In this document: piece after piece, positions 55,422 through 64,000 of the stretch | Layout: every line of letters starts with the position of its first letter | Position numbering within the stretch: position 1 is the first letter of the stretch | Sequence record: PQ182779.1 | Strand: one strand, 5' to 3' | DNA: 64,000 nucleotides | Translations under genes and position numbers: made by a program | Notes under the pieces: generated by a model | The model's database searches: none | What the model was told of the DNA's origin: nothing | The model's input: the letters and a program-made list of their open reading frames with translations, nothing else

Positions 55422-56876
55422 ATGGGCATTTATTACGCGTTACCTGACTACGACAAAGACATACAACGGCTCAAACGTCCTCCTATTATTCTCAATGAAA
55501 TTCGTTCCGACGAATATGAACTCATTGACCCTGTCCGTGAATTAACCATGACAGAGTATGAAGGCGACGTGATCGATACGTTACCCTCGTGTGAATGTGG
55601 GATGACCACTGGTCGTTATAATACCTCAACCAAACCTGGCACCGCCAATACCGTGTGTCCGTATTGTGACACTGAAGTGATGTCACCGATTGACCGAGGT
55701 TTTGAGTCCAGTGTTTGGATGAAAGTCCCTCATGGCGTTAGAGCCTTTATACGCGTTAATGCGCTCGATATGTTAATGCGGGCTTTTAAGCAAGACGATT
55801 TTAGTGCGATAGAATGGCTCTGTGATACGCGGTATGAGCCTAAGAATCGCAACAGCATAGTCTATGAACGATTCAAGAAGTTAGGGATACCAAGAGGGTA
55901 TAACCACTTCATTGATCACTTCGACGAAATTCTGGAATTATTGATGACGGCCCCTGTCTTCAAACCCGACCAGAAGCGAACCGAAGTTTATGACTTCATG
56001 CGCAACAATCGTCATCTCCTCTTTTCGCAATACATCCCGTTACCCAGTCGGCGTAGTATCATTACAGAACTCTCAAACAAAACGCGCTTTTGCGCGGAGG
56101 GCTATGTCAATGTGGTTGACGCAGCAAGGGCCATTTACGGGCTCGTTGGGAAAGAGGAACCCCGTTATCAAAACACCCGTGAGCATAATACGTTTAAAGC
56201 ATTAACAATGCTGATTGCGTATCGTGAGTTTGTCGATAAGAATGTTTTGGGTTCGAAACCTGGTTGGTATCGTAAACAAATCTTCGGTTCCCGTACAGGG
56301 CCGACTTATCGTGGCGTAGTGAGTTCGTTGTCCGGTGCACATGACTACGAAGAAATGCACATGCCTTGGGGTATGGGTATAACCTTGTATCATACGCATC
56401 TTCTTGGGATGTTAATGCGTGACGGATTAACCTTGGCGCAGAGTGAGCGGTTCATTTTGGATTGTGTAGGGCAATACGACCCGTACATGCACGATCTTCT
56501 CAATCGTCTGATTGATCGTTCTCCTTACGAAACGCTTCAGGGTAAACGTGGCTTACCGCAGATCTTGGGTCGTAACCCGACCTTAAACCTGCGTTCAGTA
56601 CAGTCTCTCTTCGTTACACGCTTCAAGACAGACCCTCACGACAATACCATCGGCCTAAGCTTACTCGTGCTCCGAGCCCCCAACTGCGATTTCGACGGGG
56701 ACCAGCTCGCGGGAATGCCTATTCTTTCACGTGAGGACTTTATTGCTATACGGAAGCTTTCTCCGCACACGGGGACTTTCGATCTCAATAAACCTCTGAG
56801 TTTGAATAGCAACATGGAGATTGGGAAACCTGTGCGTTCCACAATCAACAATTTCTTATACGGGAGACACTTTTGA
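55422..56876 (+). CDS. non-virion RNA polymerase beta'-like catalytic subunit (phiKZ gp55-56.1-like), uninterrupted
   Basis: Zn ribbon CECG...CPYC, GRNPTL, catalytic NCDFDGDQL. Confidence 0.92.
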   Translation: MGIYYALPDYDKDIQRLKRPPIILNEIRSDEYELIDPVRELTMTEYEGDVIDTLPSCECGMTTGRYNTSTKPGTANTVCPYCDTEVMSPIDRGFESSVWMKVPHGVRAFIRVNALDMLMRAFKQDDFSAIEWLCDTRYEPKNRNSIVYERFKKLGIPRGYNHFIDHFDEILELLMTAPVFKPDQKRTEVYDFMRNNRHLLFSQYIPLPSRRSIITELSNKTRFCAEGYVNVVDAARAIYGLVGKEEPRYQNTREHNTFKALTMLIAYREFVDKNVLGSKPGWYRKQIFGSRTGPTYRGVVSSLSGAHDYEEMHMPWGMGITLYHTHLLGMLMRDGLTLAQSERFILDCVGQYDPYMHDLLNRLIDRSPYETLQGKRGLPQILGRNPTLNLRSVQSLFVTRFKTDPHDNTIGLSLLVLRAPNCDFDGDQLAGMPILSREDFIAIRKLSPHTGTFDLNKPLSLNSNMEIGKPVRSTINNFLYGRHF

Positions 56877-57493
56877 AAATTGCAATTATCGATGGCGGTG
56901 AGTCTGTTTTTAGGGCAGCGGCCTTCGGTCTTCCCGATCGTGAGGACATTCAGCGCTCTTACGATAGACTGGAGCGTTTTAGTTCCAATCTGTCTGACCG
57001 GGCGAAAGGAATGCTGAACTCGGCGAAGACAATGATTTCATCGCTTTATGATGACACAGTCAGAAGTCAGCTCAAGCGTTTGAACAGCAGTAAACGCGGT
57101 CTCTATCGTGATAACATCATTCAGTTCTTGGACAGTCCTGAGGAAGTGGCCAGTGCACCGTTGAAGATGCGACGTTGGTTACTCAGTAGCCCGAGAACCC
57201 GTTCACTTTGGGATCGCCAGAGTACGCACGGCTGGGGTTCTAAACGCGACGCCTTTGTGTTTGAGACTACGCCGGAAAACGACCCTTACTGGAAAGCGAT
57301 TCGCAACGGAGTCGCAGAGAAAAACAGTAAAGGAGAGTGGTGGGTGGAATACACCTATGGCGCTTGTGATGTTGAAGGTGAAGAACATCTGACGTTGGAA
57401 CAGCAGATGGAACTTTGCGCGACCTTTGACGTGATCAATAACGCGATTGATGAAGGCATTGACCCCTTCAGTCCGTTAGGTGAGAAACTGTAA
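56873..57493 (+). CDS. conserved chimallivirus core protein (gp59-like position)
   Basis: GG...F.A..FG.P start and D.T.P.G..L end; synteny. Confidence 0.6.
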   Translation: MKIAIIDGGESVFRAAAFGLPDREDIQRSYDRLERFSSNLSDRAKGMLNSAKTMISSLYDDTVRSQLKRLNSSKRGLYRDNIIQFLDSPEEVASAPLKMRRWLLSSPRTRSLWDRQSTHGWGSKRDAFVFETTPENDPYWKAIRNGVAEKNSKGEWWVEYTYGACDVEGEEHLTLEQQMELCATFDVINNAIDEGIDPFSPLGEKL

Positions 57494-57499
57494 AATAAT

Positions 57500-57529
57500 A
57501 AAAGAAAGGGGTTCGCCCCTTTCTTTTTT
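57500..57529 (+). terminator. intrinsic terminator
   Basis: AAAGGGG-TTCG-CCCCTTT plus T-run. Confidence 0.8.
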
Positions 57530-57579
57530 GTTTCTGTTCTGTATTTCTGTAGACCAAACTTAATAACTAGGAGTAAAAA

Positions 57580-57978
57580 ATGGCCACTGTACACCCCAGT
57601 TTAAACGGTCACGGTTATACAAAAAATCCTTTTGTGATTGCCGATGAATTATTCGCTTCCTCTATTTGGGCAAAGGACAGTCAGTCTGAACTGTATCACG
57701 GTCAAATCATTTCCCTTGACATGATGATACAAAGGTACTCGGATGACCCGAATAGCCTTTGTACGGAAATGACGGAACAATACACTACTTTATTCAGTAC
57801 GCATTTTTCCGACGTAAAAGTCCTGGTTACGCCTGAAATCGACGAGACAAAAGATACCTTCGGTGTAATCTTCAAAGTGCGTTTTACGCGAGAAGGGAAG
57901 AGTTACGACTTCTCACGAATTATTGAGTATTACAACGGTGTGATTAAAAATGTTTTGGGGGTTTTAAACAATGACTGA
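57580..57978 (+). CDS. conserved core hypothetical protein
   Basis: SD AGGAG; P.L..HG, F..S...QS..Y.G...SL motifs. Confidence 0.65.
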   Translation: MATVHPSLNGHGYTKNPFVIADELFASSIWAKDSQSELYHGQIISLDMMIQRYSDDPNSLCTEMTEQYTTLFSTHFSDVKVLVTPEIDETKDTFGVIFKVRFTREGKSYDFSRIIEYYNGVIKNVLGVLNND

Positions 57979-58528
57979 TGCAACGCCTAAGCTAACACGA
58001 GAAGACCTGGAACGGGATCTGAGCGACGTTATGCAATATTCCGCAGAGATGATCAGTAAGCTCAGTATGCGGGATTTTGCAGCCAATTGGGCACCACGTT
58101 TCTTTAATACCGAACCCGCTGTCCAAACACAAGCGTTAGAGGAGTGGGAACGCCTGATTGCGTTTGGGCGGAATAAACCGGTTTTCCTCTTCGATGAGGA
58201 TAGAACGATTAAATGGGTTTTCCCGCCTATTCTCGGCGATTTCCAACCTCGTTACACCGGCGAACATAATTCGTTATTTTCCATCGGGATGGAGATAAAA
58301 ACGGTTATGAATCGGATGCGTAAACAGGGCGAAGCCATGAGCGAGAAAATCTACTCCTCACTCGCGCTTGAAACAGCCGATAAAGAAATGTGGCAACGTC
58401 ACCTCCACGAAATCAGGATGCACTGTGGTTACCCTTATCCTGGCCAAACGACAATAACGACAGGTAAAGGGAACGCTGCTCCTGTAACTCCCTCTTCACT
58501 GAGTCAACCGGACGATTATGATTTCTGA
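57971..58528 (+). CDS. conserved core hypothetical protein
   Basis: Overlapping-operon ORF; W......G.N.PV...D....I.W..PP. Confidence 0.65.
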   Translation: MTDATPKLTREDLERDLSDVMQYSAEMISKLSMRDFAANWAPRFFNTEPAVQTQALEEWERLIAFGRNKPVFLFDEDRTIKWVFPPILGDFQPRYTGEHNSLFSIGMEIKTVMNRMRKQGEAMSEKIYSSLALETADKEMWQRHLHEIRMHCGYPYPGQTTITTGKGNAAPVTPSSLSQPDDYDF

Positions 58529-59639
58529 CAAAAAACTCACAATAGGTGCTGTCAGCGATATTCACTTCTTCCATAAGCGAACCAAATCCCCGCGAATGCT
58601 TGCGGGGTTAAGGCGACTTTACCCGATGGAAGAAAAGCCCGATTTAGACATCCTCACGGTGTCAGGGGATTACTTCGATCATTTGGTCAGTTTCAATGAA
58701 CCCGATATCTACTACGCAATTGAAGGTGTTCGTCACCTCTTGCGTTATTGTAAAAAATGGAACATTTTACTCCGTGTATTAGAAGGAACCAACTCTCATG
58801 ACCGTCGACAGAATCAGATTTTCGATTTTATCAACGACGGCGAGGGGATTGACGCGCAACTGAAATACGTTGATACGTTGAGTATCGAATATTTTGAGGC
58901 GTGGGATATCAACGTACTTTACCTTCCCGATGAATGGACTCATAACGCGGAACTAACGCTCCAGCAGGTTAAGGATTTGATTCATTCTCGCGGGCTGGAA
59001 AAAGTCGATATCGCTATTGTTCATGGGGGTTGTACTTATCAGTTGCCTGGGATTCATTCCCCTGCGTTACACGATGCGGTGAAATGGAGTGATCTTGTCT
59101 CCCTGGTCATTCTCTCTGGGCATATCCATAACCACAGTCGGTATCTGAAATGGGTCTCTGTGGGTTCGCTGGAGCGACTTGGTCACGGGGAAGAAGAACC
59201 TAAAGGTGTGATCGAACTGACGTTCTTAAACGGGAAAGAGGTCGACTTTAAACGCCGGATTAATCAGCAGGCGAAAATATACCGTACGCTTTCTACTATC
59301 GGTTTAGATTTCCCGGAAATTATCGATCTCATCGACAGGCAGAGTGATCTCCCGAAAGGCTCGGCGATAAGGTTAGAATTTATGTCCGATGACCCGGTGA
59401 CGGCGTGGATGGAAATTCTTAAATCTACTTTCCCTGATTATGAACTCAGTGAGATCAGAAGAGGGAAGAAAACCCAAACGGTGGCGGGGAGCACGTTCAC
59501 TCAGAAACGTTTTGAGTTTACCCCTATCACGCCGTCAAGTATTCAACCTCTGTTCAAACAGCGCTGGGAGAACGAACAAATCCCGGCAAGTAAAATTGAA
59601 AAGACGCTTTCGTTATTGAATGAATTAATTGAGGAATAA
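58518..59639 (+). CDS. SbcD/Mre11-like metallophosphoesterase nuclease
   Basis: SDIH, SGDYFD, GT.SHD, HG and GHIH calcineurin-like motifs. Confidence 0.88.
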   Translation: MISDKKLTIGAVSDIHFFHKRTKSPRMLAGLRRLYPMEEKPDLDILTVSGDYFDHLVSFNEPDIYYAIEGVRHLLRYCKKWNILLRVLEGTNSHDRRQNQIFDFINDGEGIDAQLKYVDTLSIEYFEAWDINVLYLPDEWTHNAELTLQQVKDLIHSRGLEKVDIAIVHGGCTYQLPGIHSPALHDAVKWSDLVSLVILSGHIHNHSRYLKWVSVGSLERLGHGEEEPKGVIELTFLNGKEVDFKRRINQQAKIYRTLSTIGLDFPEIIDLIDRQSDLPKGSAIRLEFMSDDPVTAWMEILKSTFPDYELSEIRRGKKTQTVAGSTFTQKRFEFTPITPSSIQPLFKQRWENEQIPASKIEKTLSLLNELIEE

Positions 59640-59640
59640 G

Positions 59641-59865
59641 ATGGATAAGCCGGCGACGAACATTATTCTGGAGATTATTGCGGCATCAGGATTTTGGTTT
59701 TTATTTTGGTTTATGTCCTCTTTCGCCAGTCTCTTTCACCCTAATGACTACAACGTTCCCGCTCATGCGACATTAGCGTTGTTCGCATTGATTTTGGCCC
59801 GGGTCATCTATGCGATTTTAAGCTCGGTGACCAAAAGTAAGAACGTCGACCAAGGAGCAGAATGA
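59641..59865 (+). CDS. small 2-TM membrane protein
   Basis: SD GAGG; two hydrophobic helices. Confidence 0.65.
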   Translation: MDKPATNIILEIIAASGFWFLFWFMSSFASLFHPNDYNVPAHATLALFALILARVIYAILSSVTKSKNVDQGAE

Positions 59866-60707
59866 ATATCTACGACATCCTTGCGAGAAGAGCGGTAGGG
59901 GAACTACCGCTCAGTATCGGTACCAGTTTGGCTATGGAGACCCTTGAACCAAACAAACGTTACGGAGGGCTCTGGATCAACACACGGACGCTTTATCGTA
60001 ACATCTACGATGCGTTAGACGGTGAAGACAGAAAAGCGCTTGTAGGGTCTCTGATGCAGGATAAAAGCCAGCGTAATAATCAGGTGGTGGTCGCAGCATT
60101 TGCCGATACCCTCGAAGAAGAGCTCCATCAAATTCTTCAGTACGGGCAAGGGAAACTTGACAAAGTTACCTTATATCACCGTGAATACGCCAACTTGCTA
60201 CGGGATTATCGTCACGCGATTTTGTTTAACCCGAAGACTCCGCTTCAGAAAACGTTTCGTCATTTAATGGACAATGTTATCGATGAGGTTTTACGTCGAC
60301 CCATCGGACGCTATGTCGACTTTGATAAAGGCTCTCAGTTAAAAGGGGAACCTATCAAAGCTCTGATTATGACTCATTACTCCATTGACTTACTTTCCCG
60401 TACTGAGTTTACGCAATTACGTTTGATTGAATCGTATTCAGGTGCGATCAAATCGAAGAGTCAGTGGAACACCAAATTGACGGATGGAAAGCTCTACCCG
60501 AGGATTCCGTTTAACGCGTTCACGATTCAGGTCTTCGGTGACCGAAATATTCTTTTTATGCGTTACCCCAAACCGGTGAGGGAGGCTGTTCTTGAATTGT
60601 CAGAACGTTTCAAATGGACAACGATGACAACGATGGACAAAATAAGGCTCAACCTGAACTGGATGAACGACCGCTACACTGCTGAGATGCTAAAAAGACT
60701 TTTCTAA
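59862..60707 (+). CDS. conserved core protein, possibly degenerate 5'-3' nuclease fold
   Basis: SD AAGGAG; R..G..P.SIGTSLA.E, N..TL.RN, THY..DLL, ESYSG..K....W.TKL, PFN..T.Q.FGD. Confidence 0.55.
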   Translation: MNIYDILARRAVGELPLSIGTSLAMETLEPNKRYGGLWINTRTLYRNIYDALDGEDRKALVGSLMQDKSQRNNQVVVAAFADTLEEELHQILQYGQGKLDKVTLYHREYANLLRDYRHAILFNPKTPLQKTFRHLMDNVIDEVLRRPIGRYVDFDKGSQLKGEPIKALIMTHYSIDLLSRTEFTQLRLIESYSGAIKSKSQWNTKLTDGKLYPRIPFNAFTIQVFGDRNILFMRYPKPVREAVLELSERFKWTTMTTMDKIRLNLNWMNDRYTAEMLKRLF

Positions 60708-60777
60708 GAGTCTCAGTTTTTACGCGAGGGTGAGTTAATACGATACCCTTTTCTTAACCGTGAAATTAAGGCTAGTT

Positions 60778-61596
60778 ATGGCTAACAACAATACATTTGA
60801 TCTCGGACGTCCTCTTCGCGCGATGGATGCTTGGGACTGCCGTTTGAGCGCGCCAGCAACACAAAGCAGTGACGGTAAAGAACCGTTTCTGTTCGTCGAT
60901 TTCCGTTATCACAAAGTTGACGGCAATCACGTTAAAGTCCGTGATATCAAAATGGGCGTGAACCTGCGTAAACAAGGTCGTGACGGGAAAATCGATTTCT
61001 ACCCTTCGTTGACGCAGTTCAGAATGATCACGATGGCGATCGAAGACGTTGCTTCGGGTCGCGCACTGGATGAGAACGGACAGCCGGTTTCGATCGTTAA
61101 ACTTGAAAGTATGACAACTTTCATGTTCGGCAAAAAGCTCGATCGCCCTGAAACCGAAGTCATGGTTGTTGTAGGTAAAGACCAGGAAGGCGTTTTCATT
61201 GGTTTGATGATGAAAGGGCGCGATAACGTGAAGTTCTACTTCACTCCGCCGAAGATGACACAGCTGCGTCTTTCTTCCGGTGAAGTCCTGACTAACGGTT
61301 ATGTTTCTTCTCTGGCGGCCCGTGCTCGTGCAGACATCTGGTGGGATCACGTTAACAGCATTCTGAAAGCGGGTTATATGTCTGACCAAGAAGTTCAAGA
61401 AGCGAAAGACCGTAACCGTCAGCAGAACCAGCAGAACTTCGCTAAACGTCAAGGCGGTAACGGCGGCGGGAACTGGAACAACAATTCCGGTGGCAGTAAC
61501 GGCGGTAATAGTTGGGGTGGCGGCAACCAAGCGTCTTCTCAACCTGCTGCACCTGCGGCGCCGCAAGGCACTTTTGATAACGACGTTCCTTGGTAA
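60778..61596 (+). CDS. chmC: phage-nucleus RNA-binding protein ChmC (Whirly-like fold, N/G/Q-rich tail)
   Basis: Position just before the gp68-like subunit and PicA; low-complexity tail QQNQQN...GGNGGGNWNNNSGG...FDNDVPW. Confidence 0.7.
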   Translation: MANNNTFDLGRPLRAMDAWDCRLSAPATQSSDGKEPFLFVDFRYHKVDGNHVKVRDIKMGVNLRKQGRDGKIDFYPSLTQFRMITMAIEDVASGRALDENGQPVSIVKLESMTTFMFGKKLDRPETEVMVVVGKDQEGVFIGLMMKGRDNVKFYFTPPKMTQLRLSSGEVLTNGYVSSLAARARADIWWDHVNSILKAGYMSDQEVQEAKDRNRQQNQQNFAKRQGGNGGGNWNNNSGGSNGGNSWGGGNQASSQPAAPAAPQGTFDNDVPW

Positions 61597-61605
61597 CAGG
61601 AATAC

Positions 61606-61643
61606 CCGAGCGAGTCGTGAGACTCGCTCGGTTCCATTTGTTT
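61606..61643 (+). terminator. intrinsic terminator
   Basis: CCGAGCGAGTC-GTGA-GACTCGCTCGG. Confidence 0.75.
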
Positions 61644-61650
61644 TCGTGCA

Positions 61651-61666
61651 TATATTACTCTATTGA
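61651..61666 (+). promoter_or_regulatory. phage early promoter motif
   Basis: TATATTAC-TCTA-TTGA. Confidence 0.75.
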
Positions 61667-61690
61667 TAGCCGTAAACCCGAGGAAAAACC

Positions 61691-63232
61691 ATGCAATTTT
61701 ATTTTGATGAAAGTTTAGGTGGTCGAGCAAAAACACGTGTACTCTGCATGAGTCACGGGGAATACGACACGCTCTTTTGGGAGATGAAGAAATTAACCTG
61801 GAACGAAACAACGTTCCGTGACATTAATCGATTCTTCTCTTATCTCGAAGAAGACATTCAGGAAAAGGTCTTCTTAGTTTATCGTAACATTCGTGATAAA
61901 CTGGACAATGCGTACGAATTCAATACCACGAGTAAAATGGTCAACGAGGACATCATTGAACTTTATCAGTTCTTGCCGTTAGCCTTGATCGATCACTGGA
62001 TGCGCCACTACAGCGATATCCGTTTACCACCAGATTTGAAAACGTCTTTGCTGGAAGATGATCGTCCAGAGCAAACGTATCTGGAACCGGATTATCGTCA
62101 ACTGACCGTGATGTCGATTGCTCTGAAAGCAATGGTGCCGATCTGGAGTGAGTTCTTGGCGTTGGAATCCGCAATGGCAGAATCCAACAAAGAGATCTAC
62201 GCACAACAGCTTTTACGTCGAACTGAAATCTATGAATCACAGGCGATGGAACGTTTCCGTGAGTTCGTAGATGCGGTGGTTTCGGGGACGACACCAGGTA
62301 TGAAGAATATCATCTTTGGGATCGGTTCAGCGGATATCCCCGAGTGGATGCTGGCGTATCTCGTGGTGAGTCGGTTGTCAGTGATTCAGTTGAGTCATGA
62401 TGATGACGATGATCAAGTCGAAACCGTTAACCTGATCAGTAAGATGTGGAGCGCGATCAAAACGCAGCTTCCAAGTGACGGCGGACGGAGCGGCAAGGAT
62501 GACGTCAGACCAAAGACCATGGTCAAAGATTCAGGCGGGGAAGAAGATAACCTATCTACGGCGGAAAGTTATAAAGTCAGGGAAAGTATTTCTGACGGCG
62601 AACGTATCGCGTTTGATTATTGGGCGAAAGAACTGCGGGCGAAAGCCAGTCGTATTCTCGGTGATGACTACGACCAAGCGTTACTTTTCTCGGTGATTGC
62701 GCGTAATAAGTCCAGGAAGTTTTTCAACCCGAACGAAGCGCAACTGAAGTTGGTGGCAGTGACGTTACATCAACAGGTTGTTACGCGTTCTATTCCGCAT
62801 ACGGAGCGCAGCGGAGCGATTGATCTGATCTCCATTGCGCAGGTCTATCTTTATCAAAACGGGTTCGCGGCGTTGGCGGACTTAATTGGTGCCACGCAGA
62901 AAGAAAGAATCCAAAACATCTTCAATGCAGGACAAATCAAAGAGGAGCAACTGAATGTCTTCAATGAAATTTATCCATATCGACGCTATTCAACTTTAGG
63001 GTCTGCCCGCTCTAAAGCCATGCTAAAAACCCCCGGCGAAATCGCCGTTAACGCCTTCTATAATGAATTTGCGAACAACTATTGGCAACGCGACGTCGTT
63101 GCTGAGATTGCAAACGAAAGTACGATGATTGAAGATAATCATCGCGGATTAATGGTACCGCCTAACTTTAAACAGTTACTGGCTGAGTTCATTATCTTCA
63201 TTAAGACGCGTTCTACCATTGCTAAACCTTAA
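61691..63232 (+). CDS. nvRNAP fifth (sigma-like, phiKZ gp68-type) subunit
   Basis: 513 aa; IN.FF..L....Q..VF..Y, I..P.DL, QTY...DY..L, K..VPIW.EF, ESYK motifs; position. Confidence 0.72.
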   Translation: MQFYFDESLGGRAKTRVLCMSHGEYDTLFWEMKKLTWNETTFRDINRFFSYLEEDIQEKVFLVYRNIRDKLDNAYEFNTTSKMVNEDIIELYQFLPLALIDHWMRHYSDIRLPPDLKTSLLEDDRPEQTYLEPDYRQLTVMSIALKAMVPIWSEFLALESAMAESNKEIYAQQLLRRTEIYESQAMERFREFVDAVVSGTTPGMKNIIFGIGSADIPEWMLAYLVVSRLSVIQLSHDDDDDQVETVNLISKMWSAIKTQLPSDGGRSGKDDVRPKTMVKDSGGEEDNLSTAESYKVRESISDGERIAFDYWAKELRAKASRILGDDYDQALLFSVIARNKSRKFFNPNEAQLKLVAVTLHQQVVTRSIPHTERSGAIDLISIAQVYLYQNGFAALADLIGATQKERIQNIFNAGQIKEEQLNVFNEIYPYRRYSTLGSARSKAMLKTPGEIAVNAFYNEFANNYWQRDVVAEIANESTMIEDNHRGLMVPPNFKQLLAEFIIFIKTRSTIAKP

Positions 63233-63260
63233 TACCAAACTACCGAAAAGGAACCTGTAA

Positions 63261-64000
63261 ATGAAACCGACTGTAATTAGTGCATTCTTCTTCACTACTT
63301 CTAATTACGATGACCAATACGGTAGCTCATTCACGACTCATTTCGACAATGGCGTGAAAGACCGTCTTGTCAAAGCAACCGATCGCGGCAGAAACATCAG
63401 CTCGATTTCGTTATCAGCAGCTGTTAACGATGCGATCAGCATGACTGCAAAGCGCGGTTCAATTATTGATATCCCCGGGGGTTGGGGTGAGAAACGTTTG
63501 AGTTTCATTATCACGTTCCTGATCTCTGACTATGCGGGATCTACCCAACGTCAGGTACTGACCGGGTTCACCGATTATAACGGCGTCAGCATGGTCAGCG
63601 GTGAACTGGATGACCAAATGGATCTCTTCATCAATAACTCCATCATCATCCGTGACACCGTTCTCGATACGGGCCGTGGCCGTATTCTGCGTCCACGAAT
63701 TGAATCCTCTGAGTACGTTATCCGTGGTCGGGGTCGTAACGAAGGCCAGCGCGGTCTTCGCCGTGACCGTGGCGAGCGTTTAATTCGTCCGCACGATATC
63801 TTCAATGACGTAGGTATCCAGGATTATCAGCGTTACCATTCCGGCGGCGATCAGATTATTGATACCCGTGCTGATCTGGTGGGCGATATCAAGATGGGTT
63901 CTCGTCGTGAGAATAATGCGGCGGACTACATCTCGACGGTGTTGAAGGCGGGTGTACTGGCGGAGACAATGGAGCAGCCGAGCTGGAACCCCGACTCTGC
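63261..64000 (+). CDS. picA: phage-nucleus import factor PicA/Imp1 (phiKZ gp69-like), partial, runs off the window; not in ORF track
   Basis: SD AAGGA; open to the window end; I.GGW.E.R..F, LTGFTDY.G.S..G..D..M...IN motifs; position after the gp68-like gene. Confidence 0.7.
   Translation, partial: MKPTVISAFFFTTSNYDDQYGSSFTTHFDNGVKDRLVKATDRGRNISSISLSAAVNDAISMTAKRGSIIDIPGGWGEKRLSFIITFLISDYAGSTQRQVLTGFTDYNGVSMVSGELDDQMDLFINNSIIIRDTVLDTGRGRILRPRIESSEYVIRGRGRNEGQRGLRRDRGERLIRPHDIFNDVGIQDYQRYHSGGDQIIDTRADLVGDIKMGSRRENNAADYISTVLKAGVLAETMEQPSWNPDS

Noticed and set aside
55422-56876. Group I intron or homing endonuclease in the nvRNAP beta' gene, as in phiKZ
   Set aside because: The frame is continuous from the Zn ribbon through DFDGD; the terminase and polymerase also show no intron or intein.
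60772-61566. 264-aa antisense ORF opposite chmC
   Set aside because: Reverse complement of a biased, low-complexity coding region.
1-64000. tRNA, rRNA, tmRNA genes, CRISPR arrays, IS elements
   Set aside because: No cloverleaf with a T-loop and CCA, no regularly spaced repeat-spacer units, and no transposase or integrase motifs were recognised by eye.

Overview
This 64-kb window is part of a nucleus-forming phiKZ-like jumbo phage genome (Chimalliviridae-type), most likely infecting an enterobacterial host. Core blocks: tail tube and sheath, three virion genes and the large terminase (21.7-32.3 kb); PhuZ tubulin (44.3 kb); a split family-B DNA polymerase part; chimallin; a non-virion RNAP beta'-like catalytic subunit; an SbcD-like nuclease; ChmC; a gp68-like nvRNAP subunit; and a PicA-like gene running off the right end. 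Accessory early operons lie between these blocks, driven by nine copies of a TATAT[ACT][AG]C-N4-[GT]TGA promoter-like motif. They encode thymidine kinase, HD, DHH, HAD, CYTH and SLOG enzymes and many small membrane or secreted proteins. Strongest leads: (1) a 219-aa early protein that looks like a miniature RNAP beta' paralogue retaining ADFDGD; (2) a stand-alone 55-aa peptide, absent from the ORF track, ending in the redox tail of class Ia ribonucleotide reductase (DDCEGGACKI); (3) a three-gene signal-peptide cassette resembling a minimal fimbrial module; (4) a 204-nt highly structured intergenic RNA candidate; (5) an array of about ten diverged paralogues between PhuZ and the polymerase. An exact 77-bp tandem duplication near the left end is probably an assembly artefact. 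No tRNA, rRNA, CRISPR array, intron or IS element was recognised. Homology calls rest on motif recognition and gene order, not on database searches.
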